From positions 480,001 to 544,000 of the forward strand of contig CAVZZA010000001.1 of the NCBI GenBank assembly GCA_963779615.1: DNA of 64,000 bases. The letters run 5' to 3'. A program made the position numbers and the translations under genes. Within the stretch, counting starts at the first letter, position 1, and every line of letters begins with the position of its first letter. Of the stretch, positions 62,784-64,000 are shown one piece after another. Under the pieces are notes generated by a model. The model saw only the letters and a program-made list of their open reading frames with translations. It was not told the DNA's origin and did no database searches. Origin of the DNA: an uncultured Nitrososphaeraceae archaeon. GTDB taxonomy: Archaea; Thermoproteota; Nitrososphaeria; Nitrososphaerales; Nitrososphaeraceae.

Positions 62784-63557
62784 TTGTACCTATGGATATT
62801 GAGTTCTTTCAGTTTGTTAAAGTTGATCAATGTGTCATTTGGTTTTTCATATCATGATTATGTTGTTGAGGGTGTTAATTTGACTATTCCAAAAGGACGT
62901 TTTGTATCCATTGTAGGCCCGAGCGGAGCCGGCAAAACCACCTTATTGAAAATTATCTCTGGTATCCATGAGCCTTGGCATGGTGATGTTGAGTTTATGG
63001 ATAACGATGGTATTCATTTATATAATATTCCATCAATTGGGTATGTTCCTCAAATAGAAACAATAGATTGGAGTTTCCCTGTTTCTGTCCAAGAAGTATT
63101 AGCTATGGGCTCTTGGAATTATAAAAGTTATTTGCCATGGATTGATAAAAAATTAAAACAACAGATTAAAGATATTTTAAAAATTCTTGGTTTAAATGGC
63201 TATGGCAGCAGACATATTCGGGAGTTATCTGGAGGAGAGCAACAACGGGTTTTTCTAGGTAGGGCATTGATAAGAAATCCCGAAATTCTTATTTTGGATG
63301 AACCTACTACAGGACTCGATTACGTATCCAGGGAAAAAATTTTTGAAATTCTAAAAAATTTAAATAATAATGGGATGACAATTATCTTGTCTACTCATGA
63401 TATAATTCATATTGCAAAAAGATCTCAATGGGTTGTCTGCTTTAACAAGACTATGATTTCGGAAGGGTATCCTCGTGATGTTCTTGAAGAAACAACACTT
63501 TTAAAAACATTTGGGCTTCCAGATTATAGAGCACTAACTCGTGAAGATCATGACTGA
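62784..63557 (+). CDS. Metal ABC transporter ATPase (ZnuC/TroB-like)
   Basis: GPSGAGKTT, IGYVPQ, LSGGEQQR, LDEP; start uncertain. Confidence 0.93.
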   Translation: MYLWILSSFSLLKLINVSFGFSYHDYVVEGVNLTIPKGRFVSIVGPSGAGKTTLLKIISGIHEPWHGDVEFMDNDGIHLYNIPSIGYVPQIETIDWSFPVSVQEVLAMGSWNYKSYLPWIDKKLKQQIKDILKILGLNGYGSRHIRELSGGEQQRVFLGRALIRNPEILILDEPTTGLDYVSREKIFEILKNLNNNGMTIILSTHDIIHIAKRSQWVVCFNKTMISEGYPRDVLEETTLLKTFGLPDYRALTREDHD

Positions 63558-64000
63558 TTTTCTTTTACCATTTCAATATGAGTTTTTTATAAAGGGTATT
63601 ATTGTATCGGTTTTACTTGGTGGCATGTGTGGTTTAGTTGGTGTGTACGTAGTACTAAGAGGTTTGGCCTATGTTGGACATGGTCTTTCCCATGCAGCCT
63701 TCGGTGGTGCCATCATAAGCAACATTGGAGGTTTGAATTTTTATGTTGGAGCAATTTTATGGAGTTATCTAGCTTCATTTGTTATACATGAGATTAGTAA
63801 AAGAAATAAAATCAAACCTGATGCTGCAATAGGCCTTGTGACCACAGCAATTTTTGCCTTCGGTGTCTTGTTGGTGAGCATGACAGACCGCTATACCAGA
63901 AATTTCGAATCTCTGTTATTTGGAAACATTTTGTCTATAACTGACCAAGATCTTTACATAATTATCTCTGTAACAATATCCGCTGGGTTTTTCTTTTTCT
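63550..64000 (+). CDS. Metal ABC transporter permease (runs off window end)
   Basis: MTDFLLPFQYEFF...GVYVVLRGLAYVGHGLSHAAFGG...LLFGNILSI. Confidence 0.9.
   Translation, partial: MTDFLLPFQYEFFIKGIIVSVLLGGMCGLVGVYVVLRGLAYVGHGLSHAAFGGAIISNIGGLNFYVGAILWSYLASFVIHEISKRNKIKPDAAIGLVTTAIFAFGVLLVSMTDRYTRNFESLLFGNILSITDQDLYIIISVTISAGFFFF

Overview
AT-rich archaeal DNA, most consistent with a soil-type ammonia-oxidising archaeon (Nitrososphaerales, Nitrosocosmicus-like). This is inferred from the gene set: Hel308, GINS, group II chaperonin, cupredoxins, urease with a UT transporter, and a BHB-intron tRNA. Layout: (1) 1-5.6 kb core genes (Zn/Mn ABC parts, Hel308, VIT1). (2) About 5.7-38.65 kb is an accessory island built at the 3' end of tRNA-Val(TAC). 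It has an intact tyrosine integrase, two further copies of the att core (9814 and 10518), and a plasmid/virus-like backbone (wHTH, RHH, Zn-finger, a P-loop Rep-like protein with internal inverted iteron-like repeats, and a second truncated Rep). It also carries an intact DUF5131 + TcmP two-gene cassette, a vanadium haloperoxidase with Met-sulfoxide/redox genes nearby, a 40-copy 9-bp repeat, and many IS scars and pseudogenes. (3) 38.8-51.3 kb core genes (glnA, GINS, sufC, ChdC/Cld family, ahbAB, intron-containing tRNA-Pro, orphan ParB). (4) 52-64 kb urea-utilisation cluster with an embedded divergent chaperonin, followed by a metal ABC transporter. All calls come from motif recognition by eye; no database searches were run.
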